DNA from: Nitrospirota bacterium | GTDB taxonomy: Bacteria; Nitrospirota; JACRHJ01 | Direction of reading: 5' to 3' | Assembly: GCA_963845245.1 (NCBI GenBank) | Contig: CAWJRJ010000012.1 | Span: forward strand, 32,001 to 96,000 | Length of the DNA stretch: 64,000 bases | In this document: piece after piece, positions 11,258 through 20,488 of the stretch | Position numbering within the stretch: position 1 is the first letter of the stretch | How the letters are laid out: each line of letters begins with the position of its first letter | Made by a program: the position numbers and the translations under genes | The notes under the pieces: model-generated | The model's database searches: none | What the model was told of the DNA's origin: nothing | What the model saw: only the letters and a program-made list of their open reading frames with translations

Positions 11258-11291
11258 AAAAGCCCATCTCTGAAAATAGATGGGCTTTTTT
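11258..11291 (+). terminator. Intrinsic terminator
   Basis: aaaagcccatct-ctgaaaat-agatgggctttttt. Confidence 0.8.
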
Positions 11292-11327
11292 GTTTACCCC
11301 TCTCCCGTACTCAAGATTAAAACAGAA

Positions 11328-11374
11328 CTTTCATAACCCCCTTTGTCCCCCTTGTCTTAAGGGGGAGATTAGAG
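11328..11374. repeat. REP-like palindrome, same family as 7843-7890
   Basis: tttcataaccccctttgtcccccttgtcttaagggggagattagag compared with tttcataaccccctctatcccccttatcttaagggggaagttaaa. Confidence 0.7.
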
Positions 11375-11564
11375 CCCAAAAACGTGTGGAAAACAGGGGT
11401 ATTTTTGCGTGTTTTTTGCGGGAAATGGCCGAAAAATACGTGTTTTTATACATGATTTTTGAAGTTATATACTATATAAATCATATAGTTATACGATGCG
11501 GAGCTTATTGGTAGGAATAACTGAATACAAGGCAAGACACTATAAACAAAAAGAATTACGCCAA

Positions 11565-11580
11565 TGTTCCACGTGGAACA
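11565..11580. promoter_or_regulatory. parS: parS centromere-like site (ParB/Spo0J binding)
   Basis: Perfect 16-bp palindrome TGTTCCACGTGGAACA in an AT-rich intergenic region, matching the established parS consensus. Confidence 0.85.
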
Positions 11581-11622
11581 ATTTTATTTGTGCGAGCAAA
11601 TTACATAAAAAAAGAAGAAAAT

Positions 11623-11649
11623 AAAAAAGCCCGTCAAACGACGGGCTTT
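11623..11649 (-). terminator. Intrinsic terminator of the minus-strand ORF ending at 11673
   Basis: aaaaaagcccgtc-aaac-gacgggcttt; long U-tract on the minus strand. Confidence 0.8.
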
Positions 11650-11672
11650 GAATCTCAAACCTAAGCGAAAAC

Positions 11673-12140
11673 CTAGAATACCAGCGGGCCGGAAGGGATG
11701 TACTCCTCTTCCTCTTTTTCCTTTATTATCCTCGCCCTGTCCTCTTCCGCTTCTTTCATCGCCGCGCCCACCGCCATCATGTGGTGTATGTAGGTACGCT
11801 TGCGGTTAAGCTCGGTGTAGCGGACGGTGAGGGTGTCCGGGCCTTCTTTTTGGTTGTCCATGTCGAAGGCGACCCTGCACGAAGGGGTCTGGAACCGGAA
11901 GTCCTGCGACATCCGTTCAAGCAGCGCCTCGGCTTCCTGGTGGTTGTTGACGAAGTAAGAGGCCCTGACCTGCCACAGTATGTCGTGGTGGTCGAAGACG
12001 AACTCGATGCTTTGGGCGTACGCCTTCTTTAAAGCCTCTTCGCCAGCCGTGAGGTCATCATTAAGCGGAAGCAGCTTTGCGACCTCATCCTTGCTCATCC
12101 CGAACTTAAGGTCGTATATGTCAAAAATGCACTGCGCCAT
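11673..12140 (-). CDS. Hypothetical protein divergent from the tubulin-like GTPase (start may be as far upstream as 12188)
   Basis: Open frame with genome-typical codon use and its own terminator; LKFGMSKDEVAKLL near the N-terminus and a charged C-terminal helix. Confidence 0.75.
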   Translation of the reverse strand: MAQCIFDIYDLKFGMSKDEVAKLLPLNDDLTAGEEALKKAYAQSIEFVFDHHDILWQVRASYFVNNHQEAEALLERMSQDFRFQTPSCRVAFDMDNQKEGPDTLTVRYTELNRKRTYIHHMMAVGAAMKEAEEDRARIIKEKEEEEYIPSGPLVF

Positions 12141-12235
12141 GTTTTTCTCGTCCAAATTGCACCTGCCTTCCGTTTGATACAAACACATCTGCCAATTTTG
12201 GCATTATAAAACATCGCGCCGCATTATTCAATAAC

Positions 12236-12282
12236 AATCAACGCCTTAAAATATTGACTTTAAAGGCCGCAACTGCTAAGAT
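12236..12282 (+). promoter_or_regulatory. IHF-consensus site (12236-12248) and sigma70 promoter of the tubulin-like gene
   Basis: AATCAAcgccTTA matches WATCAANNNNTTR; -35 TTGACT at 12254-12259, 17-bp spacer, extended -10 TGcTAAGAT (hexamer 12277-12282). Confidence 0.6.
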
Positions 12283-12329
12283 TCTCAGGTGGTTTGAGTG
12301 TTTTGGACGATTTTCGACGTGGAGGCAAA

Positions 12330-13694
12330 ATGGAACAGCAGCAGCATCACCTGAAGATGGTGATAATAGGCCTGGGGCAGTGCGGCGGCAACTTTGCAAA
12401 CGAGTTCGCACGGCAGGGCTACAAGGCCGTTGCCCTGAACACCTCCACGACGGACCTGAAAGACCTGGACGCCATCCCGAACGATAACAGGCTGCATATA
12501 GGGCTGGCGGGCAGAAACGGCGCGGGCAAGGACAGGCGGCTCGGCCAGAAGTCGGTTGCGGCCAGCAAGGACATGATACTGGACCGGGTGCGGAAGCTTG
12601 CGCGCGGGGCGGACGTCCTGCTGCTTGCCGCGGGCATGGGCGGCGGCACCGGCTCGAACCTCGCCGACCTCATCGGCATGCTGTCCCCGCTGGGCATCCC
12701 GCTTTCGTGCCTGGTAACGATACCCACCGAGAGCGAGTCAGGAATAACCAAGGTAAACGCGGTATACGGGCTGAACAGCGTCGTGCGCTCAAAGCTCGCA
12801 AACCTTATAATAATCGACAACAACAAGATCCTGAAGATATTCCCCGAGGCGACCATCTCCGACTTCTACAAGCGGGCGAACCAGCTGGTCGTCAGGACGC
12901 TGGCCGAGTTCAACAGCACCAATGACGAGATGAAGTCGATATCCATCCGCAGCTTCGACTCGGAGGATTTCAGGAAAGTGTTCCTCTCGGGCGGCGTGGT
13001 GGTGTTCGGCGCAAGCTCAGTAAGGGTTGACGACCGCATAACGGAGGATACGCTGCTTGGCAAGCTGAAGCATATCTGGGACTCGTCAGGCCTTCTGGCG
13101 GAAGGGTTCGACTACACCACGGCCTCGCTTGCGGCGGTCATACTCTACGCGCCTTCACAGGTGCTGGAGCGCAGCTCCGCGACGATCTTCGAGAAGCTAA
13201 ACGAGACGATAAAGAAGATAACACAGGGCGCGGCGGTCTATACCGGCATATACCAGATGAAGGAGCCGGGGCCGGTGAAGATCTTCACCATGCTCGGGCG
13301 GCTGTCGCTGCCCAACAGGATAATAAACCTGATGTCGCAGGCGGCGATCGAGGGCGAACACCTGGCCCAGAAGGTAAAACGCAAGATACCCACGCTCGAC
13401 CTGACCGAGATAGAGAGCATGGAGTTCTTCTTCGAGGACGCGCCCGCGTTCGACGAGAAGGCGGCCATGCATATCAGCCGGGCTGACGAGGTCGCCTCGT
13501 GGATGAAGGATCCGGACAAGGAACTCAGGATAAAGGCGGTCACGGCGCTCATGGATGCCACAGGCCCGCAAGCGTCCGCCGCAGTCATATCGCTTTTGAA
13601 CGACCCGGACGAAGAGGTCCGCCTGGAGGCCGCAAGAGTTCTCAGACAGATTTCCCTGAACGAGAACGCCTCCCCGCAGGAAGGAAACGCATAG
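12330..13694 (+). CDS. Divergent tubulin/FtsZ-superfamily GTPase (TubZ/CetZ-like) with C-terminal HEAT/PBS-lyase repeats
   Basis: T1 GLGQCGG, T2 NTS..D, T3 GAGKD, signature GMGGGTGS, IIDNNK, T7-like SFDSEDF; C-terminal KDPDKELRIKAVTAL and NDPDEEVRLEAARVL; GGAGG RBS before ATG 12330. Confidence 0.9.
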   Translation: MEQQQHHLKMVIIGLGQCGGNFANEFARQGYKAVALNTSTTDLKDLDAIPNDNRLHIGLAGRNGAGKDRRLGQKSVAASKDMILDRVRKLARGADVLLLAAGMGGGTGSNLADLIGMLSPLGIPLSCLVTIPTESESGITKVNAVYGLNSVVRSKLANLIIIDNNKILKIFPEATISDFYKRANQLVVRTLAEFNSTNDEMKSISIRSFDSEDFRKVFLSGGVVVFGASSVRVDDRITEDTLLGKLKHIWDSSGLLAEGFDYTTASLAAVILYAPSQVLERSSATIFEKLNETIKKITQGAAVYTGIYQMKEPGPVKIFTMLGRLSLPNRIINLMSQAAIEGEHLAQKVKRKIPTLDLTEIESMEFFFEDAPAFDEKAAMHISRADEVASWMKDPDKELRIKAVTALMDATGPQASAAVISLLNDPDEEVRLEAARVLRQISLNENASPQEGNA

Positions 13695-13932
13695 GTAAAA
13701 TTATATTTTTTCGGAAGCGGCAGTACCCCGGTTTTACTCCTCACAAAATTCGCAGTCGCAGTACCGCCACCCAGCAACCAAACTCTGCTTCGCAATACAA
13801 TATGTAGGCAATTTTTTTTGGACTAGTACAATATATAGTGTCCTTATTAAGGCAGGTCTCCGGGCCTTTCCGAGACTGTGGAAAAGTGGCCTTTTAAAAA
13901 CCATAAATTCGTTTGTTTTAATGGATTTTATC

Positions 13933-13998
13933 TTGACAATGCATATTTTCGGTGTGTATACTTTGGCGGTAAGTGGGGAAATGTGGGGAATGGTGGCA
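13933..13998 (+). promoter_or_regulatory. dcw (Pmra) promoter with MraZ-binding direct repeats
   Basis: TTGACA 13933-13938, TATACT 13957-13962, then GTGGG/GTGGG/GTGGC at 13973, 13983 and 13993 (10-bp period). Confidence 0.8.
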
Positions 13999-14069
13999 AA
14001 TGCAATAGCATAAAGAGATAAAAGCCGTTTCCCACAGGCATCAGACCGGCCTAATTGGGAGAACACAAA

Positions 14070-14525
14070 TTGCCCGCCCTTATTAACAGGTTCATAGGAC
14101 ATCACACCTACAGCCTCGATAACAAGGGGAGGGTCAGCATTCCGTCCGACTTCCGGGACGTTCTCGCGGAACGCTACGACGACCGGCTTGTCCTGATGAA
14201 GCATTACGACCGTTGCCTGGTCGCCTACCCTGTTGAGGAATGGCAGAAGCTGGACGAGAAGATAGCGCAACTCCCCGCAAGCGACCCGATGGTCACCAAA
14301 TACCTCCGCAACTTCTACTCCTCGGCAAAGGTCTGCGAACTAGACGGCCAGGGCAGGGTGCTCGTGCCTCCCGCCCTGAAGGTTTACGCGGGGCTTACCC
14401 GCGAAACGGTGATAATAGGCCTGTCCAACAAAATGGAGATATGGGACCTCCAGACCTGGAAAGACGAGAACCCCGAAGAGGACTATTCCGAGGTCAGGGG
14501 CGCAATGGCCTCGTACGGGTTGTAG
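14070..14525 (+). CDS. mraZ: Transcriptional regulator MraZ
   Basis: DNKGRVSIP and DGQGRVLVP motifs; first gene of the dcw cluster; TTG start after GGAG. Confidence 0.96.
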   Translation: MPALINRFIGHHTYSLDNKGRVSIPSDFRDVLAERYDDRLVLMKHYDRCLVAYPVEEWQKLDEKIAQLPASDPMVTKYLRNFYSSAKVCELDGQGRVLVPPALKVYAGLTRETVIIGLSNKMEIWDLQTWKDENPEEDYSEVRGAMASYGL

Positions 14526-15461
14526 TTGCAGTCCCACACCCCGGTCCTCCTGGACGAGTCCCTAAGGTTCCTTGATATAAAGCCTGGCGGGACATATGCC
14601 GACCTGACGCTAGGACTTGGCGGCCACGCCGAAGCAATACTAAGGCTCCTGGGCCCCGACGGAATACTGGTCGGGATAGACCGTGACGCTGAAGCGCTTG
14701 AGGCCGCAGCCATGAGGCTCTCACCATTCAAGGGGCGGACGGTCCTCAGGCATGCCGAGTTCTCAAAAAGTCCGGAGTTGATACGCGAGGCAGGGTTCGA
14801 AAAGGTTGACGGTTTCTTAATGGACCTGGGGGTGTCGATGCTTCAGCTAAAGACTCCGGATCGCGGGTTCAGCTTCTCATCGGCTGCCCCTCTGGACATG
14901 AGGATGGACCGCTCCTCCGGCATTACGGCGGCCAGGCTTATCCAGGATTCGAGCGAAAAAGAGCTAGCGGATATCATTTTCAAGTACGGTGAAGAGCGTT
15001 GGGCCAAGGCGATTGCGAGACGCATAAAAGAGACGGCGGCAACATCGTCAGTCGATACTACAGTCGCCCTCGCTGATATCGTAAAAGGCGCCATACCAAA
15101 AAAGTTCTGGCCGCCAAAGACGCACCCCGCGACCAGGACCTTCCAGGCGCTACGCATTGCGGTGAACGAAGAGCTGGACATCCTTGAGCGCACGCTTGGC
15201 TCGATGATAGACATGCTGGCGCCGGGCGGCAGGGCGGTAGTCATCTCCTACCACTCGCTTGAGGACAGACTTGTGAAACAGGCGTTCAGGGAGCGGGCGA
15301 AGGGCTGCATCTGCCCACCGGATTTTCCCAAATGTGTCTGCGGCGTAAAGCCGGTTTTAAAGGTGCTCACAGGCAGGCCGGTCTTGCCGGCGGAAGAAGA
15401 GACGAGAGACAACCCGAGCGCCAGGAGCGCCAAGCTCCGGGCCGCTGAAAGGCTGGCATAA
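14526..15461 (+). CDS. rsmH: 16S rRNA m4C1402 methyltransferase
   Basis: HTPVLLDE, TLGLGGHA, DLGVSM.Q, ISYHSLEDR, NPSARSAKLR. Confidence 0.97.
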   Translation: MQSHTPVLLDESLRFLDIKPGGTYADLTLGLGGHAEAILRLLGPDGILVGIDRDAEALEAAAMRLSPFKGRTVLRHAEFSKSPELIREAGFEKVDGFLMDLGVSMLQLKTPDRGFSFSSAAPLDMRMDRSSGITAARLIQDSSEKELADIIFKYGEERWAKAIARRIKETAATSSVDTTVALADIVKGAIPKKFWPPKTHPATRTFQALRIAVNEELDILERTLGSMIDMLAPGGRAVVISYHSLEDRLVKQAFRERAKGCICPPDFPKCVCGVKPVLKVLTGRPVLPAEEETRDNPSARSAKLRAAERLA

Positions 15462-15857
15462 ATGCACGACCATTCATCATCGCACCTGTCGAGCCTCAGG
15501 CTTAAAAAGAAACGGCTTTTCAAGAAAGCTGGCACCTATTCGATCGTCCTACTGTGCGCCGCATTCCTTCTTTTCTACGTATGGCAGAGGGTACAGGTCA
15601 TCTCTATCGGATACCAGATAGAGGCCCTCAAGAAGGAAAAGGATTCGTTGTCCAGGACAAACAGGAGCCTTACTATCGAAGCCGCAAGCCTGACCGCTCC
15701 CGACAGGGTGGAGGCTATAGCAAGCAGCGAGATAGGCATGAAGACGCCGAAGGATACCCAGATAATCCTAGTTAAGAGGGTCAATAAAGGCGGGAAGTCC
15801 GTGCCAGACGCGGCGAGCAAGGCCGAAGGACCGACGTCCGGGCCTGGCAGATCCTGA
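15462..15857 (+). CDS. ftsL: Cell division protein FtsL
   Basis: Single TM plus coiled coil, between rsmH and ftsI. Confidence 0.85.
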   Translation: MHDHSSSHLSSLRLKKKRLFKKAGTYSIVLLCAAFLLFYVWQRVQVISIGYQIEALKKEKDSLSRTNRSLTIEAASLTAPDRVEAIASSEIGMKTPKDTQIILVKRVNKGGKSVPDAASKAEGPTSGPGRS

Positions 15858-15866
15858 CGGGGTGCA

Positions 15867-17621
15867 GTGGAAGTGGCTAGCCAGTCGGGCGATAAAAGCG
15901 CGGTCATAAGGCCGAGGGCCATACTGGTTGCGGCCATCCTGTTATTAGGCTTCGCTGGAGTGGGTGCAAGGCTTATATATCTCCAGGTACTCAAGCATCA
16001 GTCGCTTTATGCAAAGGCGATAAGACAGCAGCAGGAGATAGTGGAACTCCCGCCGAAGCGGGGCGCGATAACCGACCGGAACGGCAGGGAACTCGCGGTC
16101 AGCATAGACACCGATTCCCTCTATGCAGTACCCGCCGACGTAGACGACCCGAAGTTACTTGCGGCAAAACTGGCACCGGCCTTAGGCCAGGACAGGAAGG
16201 CGGTAGAAGCAAAGCTTACAGGCACCAAGAGGTTCGTCTGGCTGGCAAAGAAGGTAACTCCCGATGTGCCGGCCAAGGTAGCAGCGGCGGGAGATTTCCG
16301 GGATGTCCTGGGATGGCTCCCGGACAGCCGCAGGTACTACCCCAAGAAGGAGCTTGCCAGCCACGTGCTGGGTTTTGTCGGGTCTGAAAACAAGGGGCTT
16401 GAGGGCCTCGAGGCAGCATACGAGAACTACGTCGGCGGCATAGCTGGCAAGGCGGTTACGGAACGGGATGGGACGGGTAAGGAAGTCCTTGCAGTGGACG
16501 AGGGCAAGAACACCCCAAAGCCCGGCTACAACCTGACCCTTACAATAGACGAAAAGATACAGTACATAGTCGAGAAGGAGCTGGACGAGATAATGGCGAA
16601 AAACTCGCCTCTCTCGGCTACTGCGATAGTGATGAACCCGAAGACCGGTGAGATACTCGCGCTTGCCAACAGGCCCGGGTATAACCCGAACAACCTGAAG
16701 GACATCAGCCCGGCGAAATGGCGCGACAGGGCAGTGACCGACCTCTACGAGCCGGGTTCGACGTTTAAGATCGTAACCGCTTCAGCGGCGCTTGAAGAAG
16801 GTGTCGTTAAGCCCACGGACATCATAGACTGCGGCAACGGCGAGATCGAGGTAAGCGGTCGCGTCATACATGACGCGCACAAGGAAGGCGGGCGCAAGAC
16901 GTTCGCCGAGGTCATACAAAAGAGCAGCAACGTCGGTACCATAAAGGTAGCCATGAAGCTAGGCCAGGCCAAGCTCTACAAATATGCCACGGCGTTCGGT
17001 TTCGGGCGTAGGACCGGGGTCGACCTTCCCGGAGAGGTGCCTGGTGTGCTCAGGGACCTTAAGTACTGGTCCGGGATGTCGCTTGCCTCGGTCGCGATCG
17101 GGCAGGAGGTGGACGTGACTGCCGTCCAGATGTTGTCGGCGCTCAACTGCATCGCCAATGGCGGCTGGTACGTTAAGCCATATATAGTGTCCGAGATAAA
17201 GTCCGACACCGGCGAGGTTATAAAGAGGCCGGAGCGCGAAGCGCCGCGCCAGGTGGTATCAAAGGCGACCGCGACAAAACTCGCCGCTATACTCAGCAAT
17301 GTGGTGGAGGACGGCGGCACTGCGGTCGAAGCGCGGATACGCGGCTGGCAGGTGGCGGGCAAGACCGGTACGGCGCAAAAGTACGACCCTGCCATCAGGC
17401 GTTACTCTAAAGAGAAATACATAGGTTCCTTTGTGGGCTTCGCACCGGCGGAAGACCCAAGGATTTCCGCGATTGTAGTCGTGAACGAGCCCAGGGGGCA
17501 GTATTACGGCGGGCTGGTTGCCGCGCCGGCGTTCAAGAACATAGTGGAGAAGACGCTGACTTACATGAGGGTACCTTCAAGGCTCCCGGAACAGACCATA
17601 CTGGTGGAAACCGGCAGATGA
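15867..17621 (+). CDS. ftsI: Penicillin-binding protein 3 (septal transpeptidase)
   Basis: RGAITDRNG, EPGSTFK (SxxK), SSN, KTGTAQ. Confidence 0.95.
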   Translation: MEVASQSGDKSAVIRPRAILVAAILLLGFAGVGARLIYLQVLKHQSLYAKAIRQQQEIVELPPKRGAITDRNGRELAVSIDTDSLYAVPADVDDPKLLAAKLAPALGQDRKAVEAKLTGTKRFVWLAKKVTPDVPAKVAAAGDFRDVLGWLPDSRRYYPKKELASHVLGFVGSENKGLEGLEAAYENYVGGIAGKAVTERDGTGKEVLAVDEGKNTPKPGYNLTLTIDEKIQYIVEKELDEIMAKNSPLSATAIVMNPKTGEILALANRPGYNPNNLKDISPAKWRDRAVTDLYEPGSTFKIVTASAALEEGVVKPTDIIDCGNGEIEVSGRVIHDAHKEGGRKTFAEVIQKSSNVGTIKVAMKLGQAKLYKYATAFGFGRRTGVDLPGEVPGVLRDLKYWSGMSLASVAIGQEVDVTAVQMLSALNCIANGGWYVKPYIVSEIKSDTGEVIKRPEREAPRQVVSKATATKLAAILSNVVEDGGTAVEARIRGWQVAGKTGTAQKYDPAIRRYSKEKYIGSFVGFAPAEDPRISAIVVVNEPRGQYYGGLVAAPAFKNIVEKTLTYMRVPSRLPEQTILVETGR

Positions 17622-19096
17622 AATTAAATGATTTATTGAAAAATATAGAAGTACTGAAAATCGAGGGCAATGCAGGCATCGATGTGTCCAACGTTGTTTA
17701 TGATTCCAGAAAGGCCATTGCCGGATGCATCTTTGCGGCGGTAAAGGGCGTGAAGGCCGATGGGAACATATTTATAGAGATGGCTGTAGAAAAAGGTGCC
17801 GTGGCGGTGCTCCACCAGGACTACGAAGGGCCAAGGTCAAACGGTGTCACCTATATACGCGTTCCGGACGCAAGGCGCGCCATGGCGTTGGCCGCTGCTA
17901 ACCTGCATGGCCATCCTTCTTCAAGGCTGAAGCTGATAGGTATCACCGGCACCAACGGGAAGACGACGACATCGTATCTGATAAAGTCCGTTATAGAGAG
18001 CGCCGGAGGCAAGGCAGGGCTGTTGGGGACGATCAGCTATGTGCTCGGCGAGGAAAAAATCGACGCGCCGAACACAACACCGGAGTCAGTTGATCTTCAG
18101 GAGTACCTGAATAGGATGGTAGAAGCCGGAGCAGGATTTGCCGTGCTTGAGGTCTCGTCGCACGCAGTATCGCTTGACAGGATAGCGGGCTGCGAATTCG
18201 CGGTAAAGGTGTTCACGAACTTTACGCAGGACCATCTGGATTTCCACGGGACCATGGATGAATACTACTCGGCAAAGAAGGAGCTTTTCACGGGGTATGA
18301 TGGGGCAAATATCATAAACCTGGACGACCCGCGCGGTGTCGACCTTGCGTCAAGCTCCAAAGGCCGGACCCTTACCTACGCAATAAATGAAAGAGCGGAT
18401 ATCCGCGCGACTGACATTAACCTGGGCCCGTCAGGCCTTTCGTTTGTTATGGATACTCCTGAAGGGGTGGTAAAGATAATTTCCCCTCTCGTCGGAAGGC
18501 ATAACGTGTACAACATACTAGCCGCCGCAGGCGCATGTATCGCGGCAGGTATAAGCCCTTCCGAGGTTGCATCCGGCATTGCCGGTATGCGCGAGGTGCC
18601 CGGCCGCCTGGAGAAGATAGATGCGGGTCAGGACTTCGTGGTGCTTGTGGACTATGCGCATACCGAGGACGCGCTGGAGAGGGTACTGGTTACCGCGAGG
18701 GAGTTTACGAAGGGTAGGCTGATCACCGTATTCGGGTGCGGCGGAGACCGCGACAAGACAAAGAGGCCGCTCATGGGCAGAGTCGCCGCACGACTGTCGG
18801 ACATGGTAGTCCTCACCTCGGACAACCCGCGCACCGAGCCGCCAAACGAGATACTCGCTCAGGCCGAGGCCGGAATTATCGAGGAAGGCTCGAAGTCCAA
18901 GGGCGATGGCTACTTCATACTGGAAGACAGGGCGGAGTCGATAGATTTCGCCATAGGCGCAGCAAGGCCAGATGATACCGTACTTATAGCCGGGAAGGGC
19001 CACGAGGACTACCAGATAATCGGGGAACGCAAGTTCCATTTCGACGACAGGGAATCTGCGAGGCAGTCGGTACTCAAGAGGCTAAAATGCGCATAG
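17618..19096 (+). CDS. murE: UDP-MurNAc-dipeptide:meso-DAP ligase
   Basis: GTNGKTT, NTTPES, DYAHT, DNPR (DAP-type), AGKGHEDYQ. Confidence 0.97.
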   Translation: MKLNDLLKNIEVLKIEGNAGIDVSNVVYDSRKAIAGCIFAAVKGVKADGNIFIEMAVEKGAVAVLHQDYEGPRSNGVTYIRVPDARRAMALAAANLHGHPSSRLKLIGITGTNGKTTTSYLIKSVIESAGGKAGLLGTISYVLGEEKIDAPNTTPESVDLQEYLNRMVEAGAGFAVLEVSSHAVSLDRIAGCEFAVKVFTNFTQDHLDFHGTMDEYYSAKKELFTGYDGANIINLDDPRGVDLASSSKGRTLTYAINERADIRATDINLGPSGLSFVMDTPEGVVKIISPLVGRHNVYNILAAAGACIAAGISPSEVASGIAGMREVPGRLEKIDAGQDFVVLVDYAHTEDALERVLVTAREFTKGRLITVFGCGGDRDKTKRPLMGRVAARLSDMVVLTSDNPRTEPPNEILAQAEAGIIEEGSKSKGDGYFILEDRAESIDFAIGAARPDDTVLIAGKGHEDYQIIGERKFHFDDRESARQSVLKRLKCA

Positions 19097-19105
19097 GGAT
19101 GCAGG

Positions 19106-20488
19106 ATGTTCAGCCTTAAGGATATCATAGCGGCGACCGGGGGGAAGGCATCTCCCTCGTGTCCGGGTTCATTTACGCGTATTTCTACGGACACCCGCAC
19201 AATAGGCGTGGGAGAGCTGTTTGTCCCGCTGGTGGGCGGAAACTTCGACGGCCACGATTTCATGGAAGCGGCGTTCGAGAAAGGAGCCGTTTGCGCGGTC
19301 TGTCAATCCGGGCGGGAGATCACAAAGTTAAAGGGCAAGCACTTAATAGAGGTGCCCGATACATTGCGGGCACTTCAGGATATAGCCGCTTACATAAGAG
19401 CGAAAATGGAAAACCTTCTGGTGGTCGGCATCACAGGCACGAACGGCAAGACCACCACGAAGGAGATGCTGGCCTCTATACTGTCCTTGCGCGGGCCTGT
19501 CCTAAAAAACGAGGGCAACTTAAACAACGAGATCGGTGTGCCTCTGACGCTCCTGAGGCTGGACGGTTCGCACTGGGCATCGGTGGTTGAGATGGGCATG
19601 AGCGGATTCGGAGAGATCAAGAGGCTTGCCGAGATAGCCCGGCCATCGATAGGCGTGATTACCAACATAGGTCCCGGCCACCTGGAGAAACTCGGGAGTA
19701 TCGAAGGTGTCGCCCGCGCGAAAGCCGAACTCATAGATGGACTGCCAAAGGACGGCAAGGCTGTATTGAATATCGATGACCGCTTCCTTAAGTTACTGGC
19801 CGATACAAACGGTGAAAGGCTCGTGTCTTATGGTCTCCTGGCCGGCGCGTCGGTTACCGCATCCGGGATTGAAGAGTCCGAGGAAGGCATTGGCTTCAGG
19901 CTTATAACCCCGGCCGGCGCGGTTGATGTGAACCTTCCGGTCATAGGTGTGCATAACGTCTATAACGCGCTTGCCGCCGCCGCTGCGGCCTGGGCCGCCG
20001 GCCTGTCAGTCGCAGAGGTCAAGGAAGGTCTGGAGAAGTTCAGGCCGGTCAAGATGCGTATGGAGACGATGGAGATAGGCGGGGCCAGGGTAATAAACGA
20101 CGCATACAACGCAAACCCCGCCTCGATGGCTGCTGCACTCACCGCGCTCGCGTCGGTAAAGGAAGCAAGGAAGATAGCCGTGCTAGGAGATATGCTGGAA
20201 CTTGGTTCTACGGCGGCAAAGTCGCACTTTGACGTAGGACGGCTTGCCGGCGCAGAGGGGCTGGCCCTTCTGGTGCTTGTAGGCTCACATGCGCAGGATA
20301 CCGCGCGCGGGGCGGCCGAGGCCGGCATGGAAGAGGGCAGGATCATCATCGTATCCGGCGCGGAAGAGGCGGCTGCCGTGCTCTCCGAAAAGATGAGGCA
20401 CGGCGACAACATACTTGTAAAGGGTTCCCGCTCCATGAAGATGGAGAGGATCATTGAAATCTTGAGGTCAAGGAGACTGGTGGCCTGA
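19106..20488 (+). CDS. murF: UDP-MurNAc-tripeptide:D-Ala-D-Ala ligase
   Basis: [40 protein letters not shown]. Confidence 0.97.
   Translation: MFSLKDIIAATGGKASPSCPGSFTRISTDTRTIGVGELFVPLVGGNFDGHDFMEAAFEKGAVCAVCQSGREITKLKGKHLIEVPDTLRALQDIAAYIRAKMENLLVVGITGTNGKTTTKEMLASILSLRGPVLKNEGNLNNEIGVPLTLLRLDGSHWASVVEMGMSGFGEIKRLAEIARPSIGVITNIGPGHLEKLGSIEGVARAKAELIDGLPKDGKAVLNIDDRFLKLLADTNGERLVSYGLLAGASVTASGIEESEEGIGFRLITPAGAVDVNLPVIGVHNVYNALAAAAAAWAAGLSVAEVKEGLEKFRPVKMRMETMEIGGARVINDAYNANPASMAAALTALASVKEARKIAVLGDMLELGSTAAKSHFDVGRLAGAEGLALLVLVGSHAQDTARGAAEAGMEEGRIIIVSGAEEAAAVLSEKMRHGDNILVKGSRSMKMERIIEILRSRRLVA

Noticed and set aside
11380..11620. AT-rich region as oriC
   Set aside because: I see only one imperfect DnaA box and no dnaA, dnaN or gidA context. 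Only the parS site is supported.
13715..13770. Short direct repeat gcagtacc (two copies) downstream of the tubulin-like gene as a tubC-like centromere
   Set aside because: Only two 8-bp copies, too few to support an iteron array.
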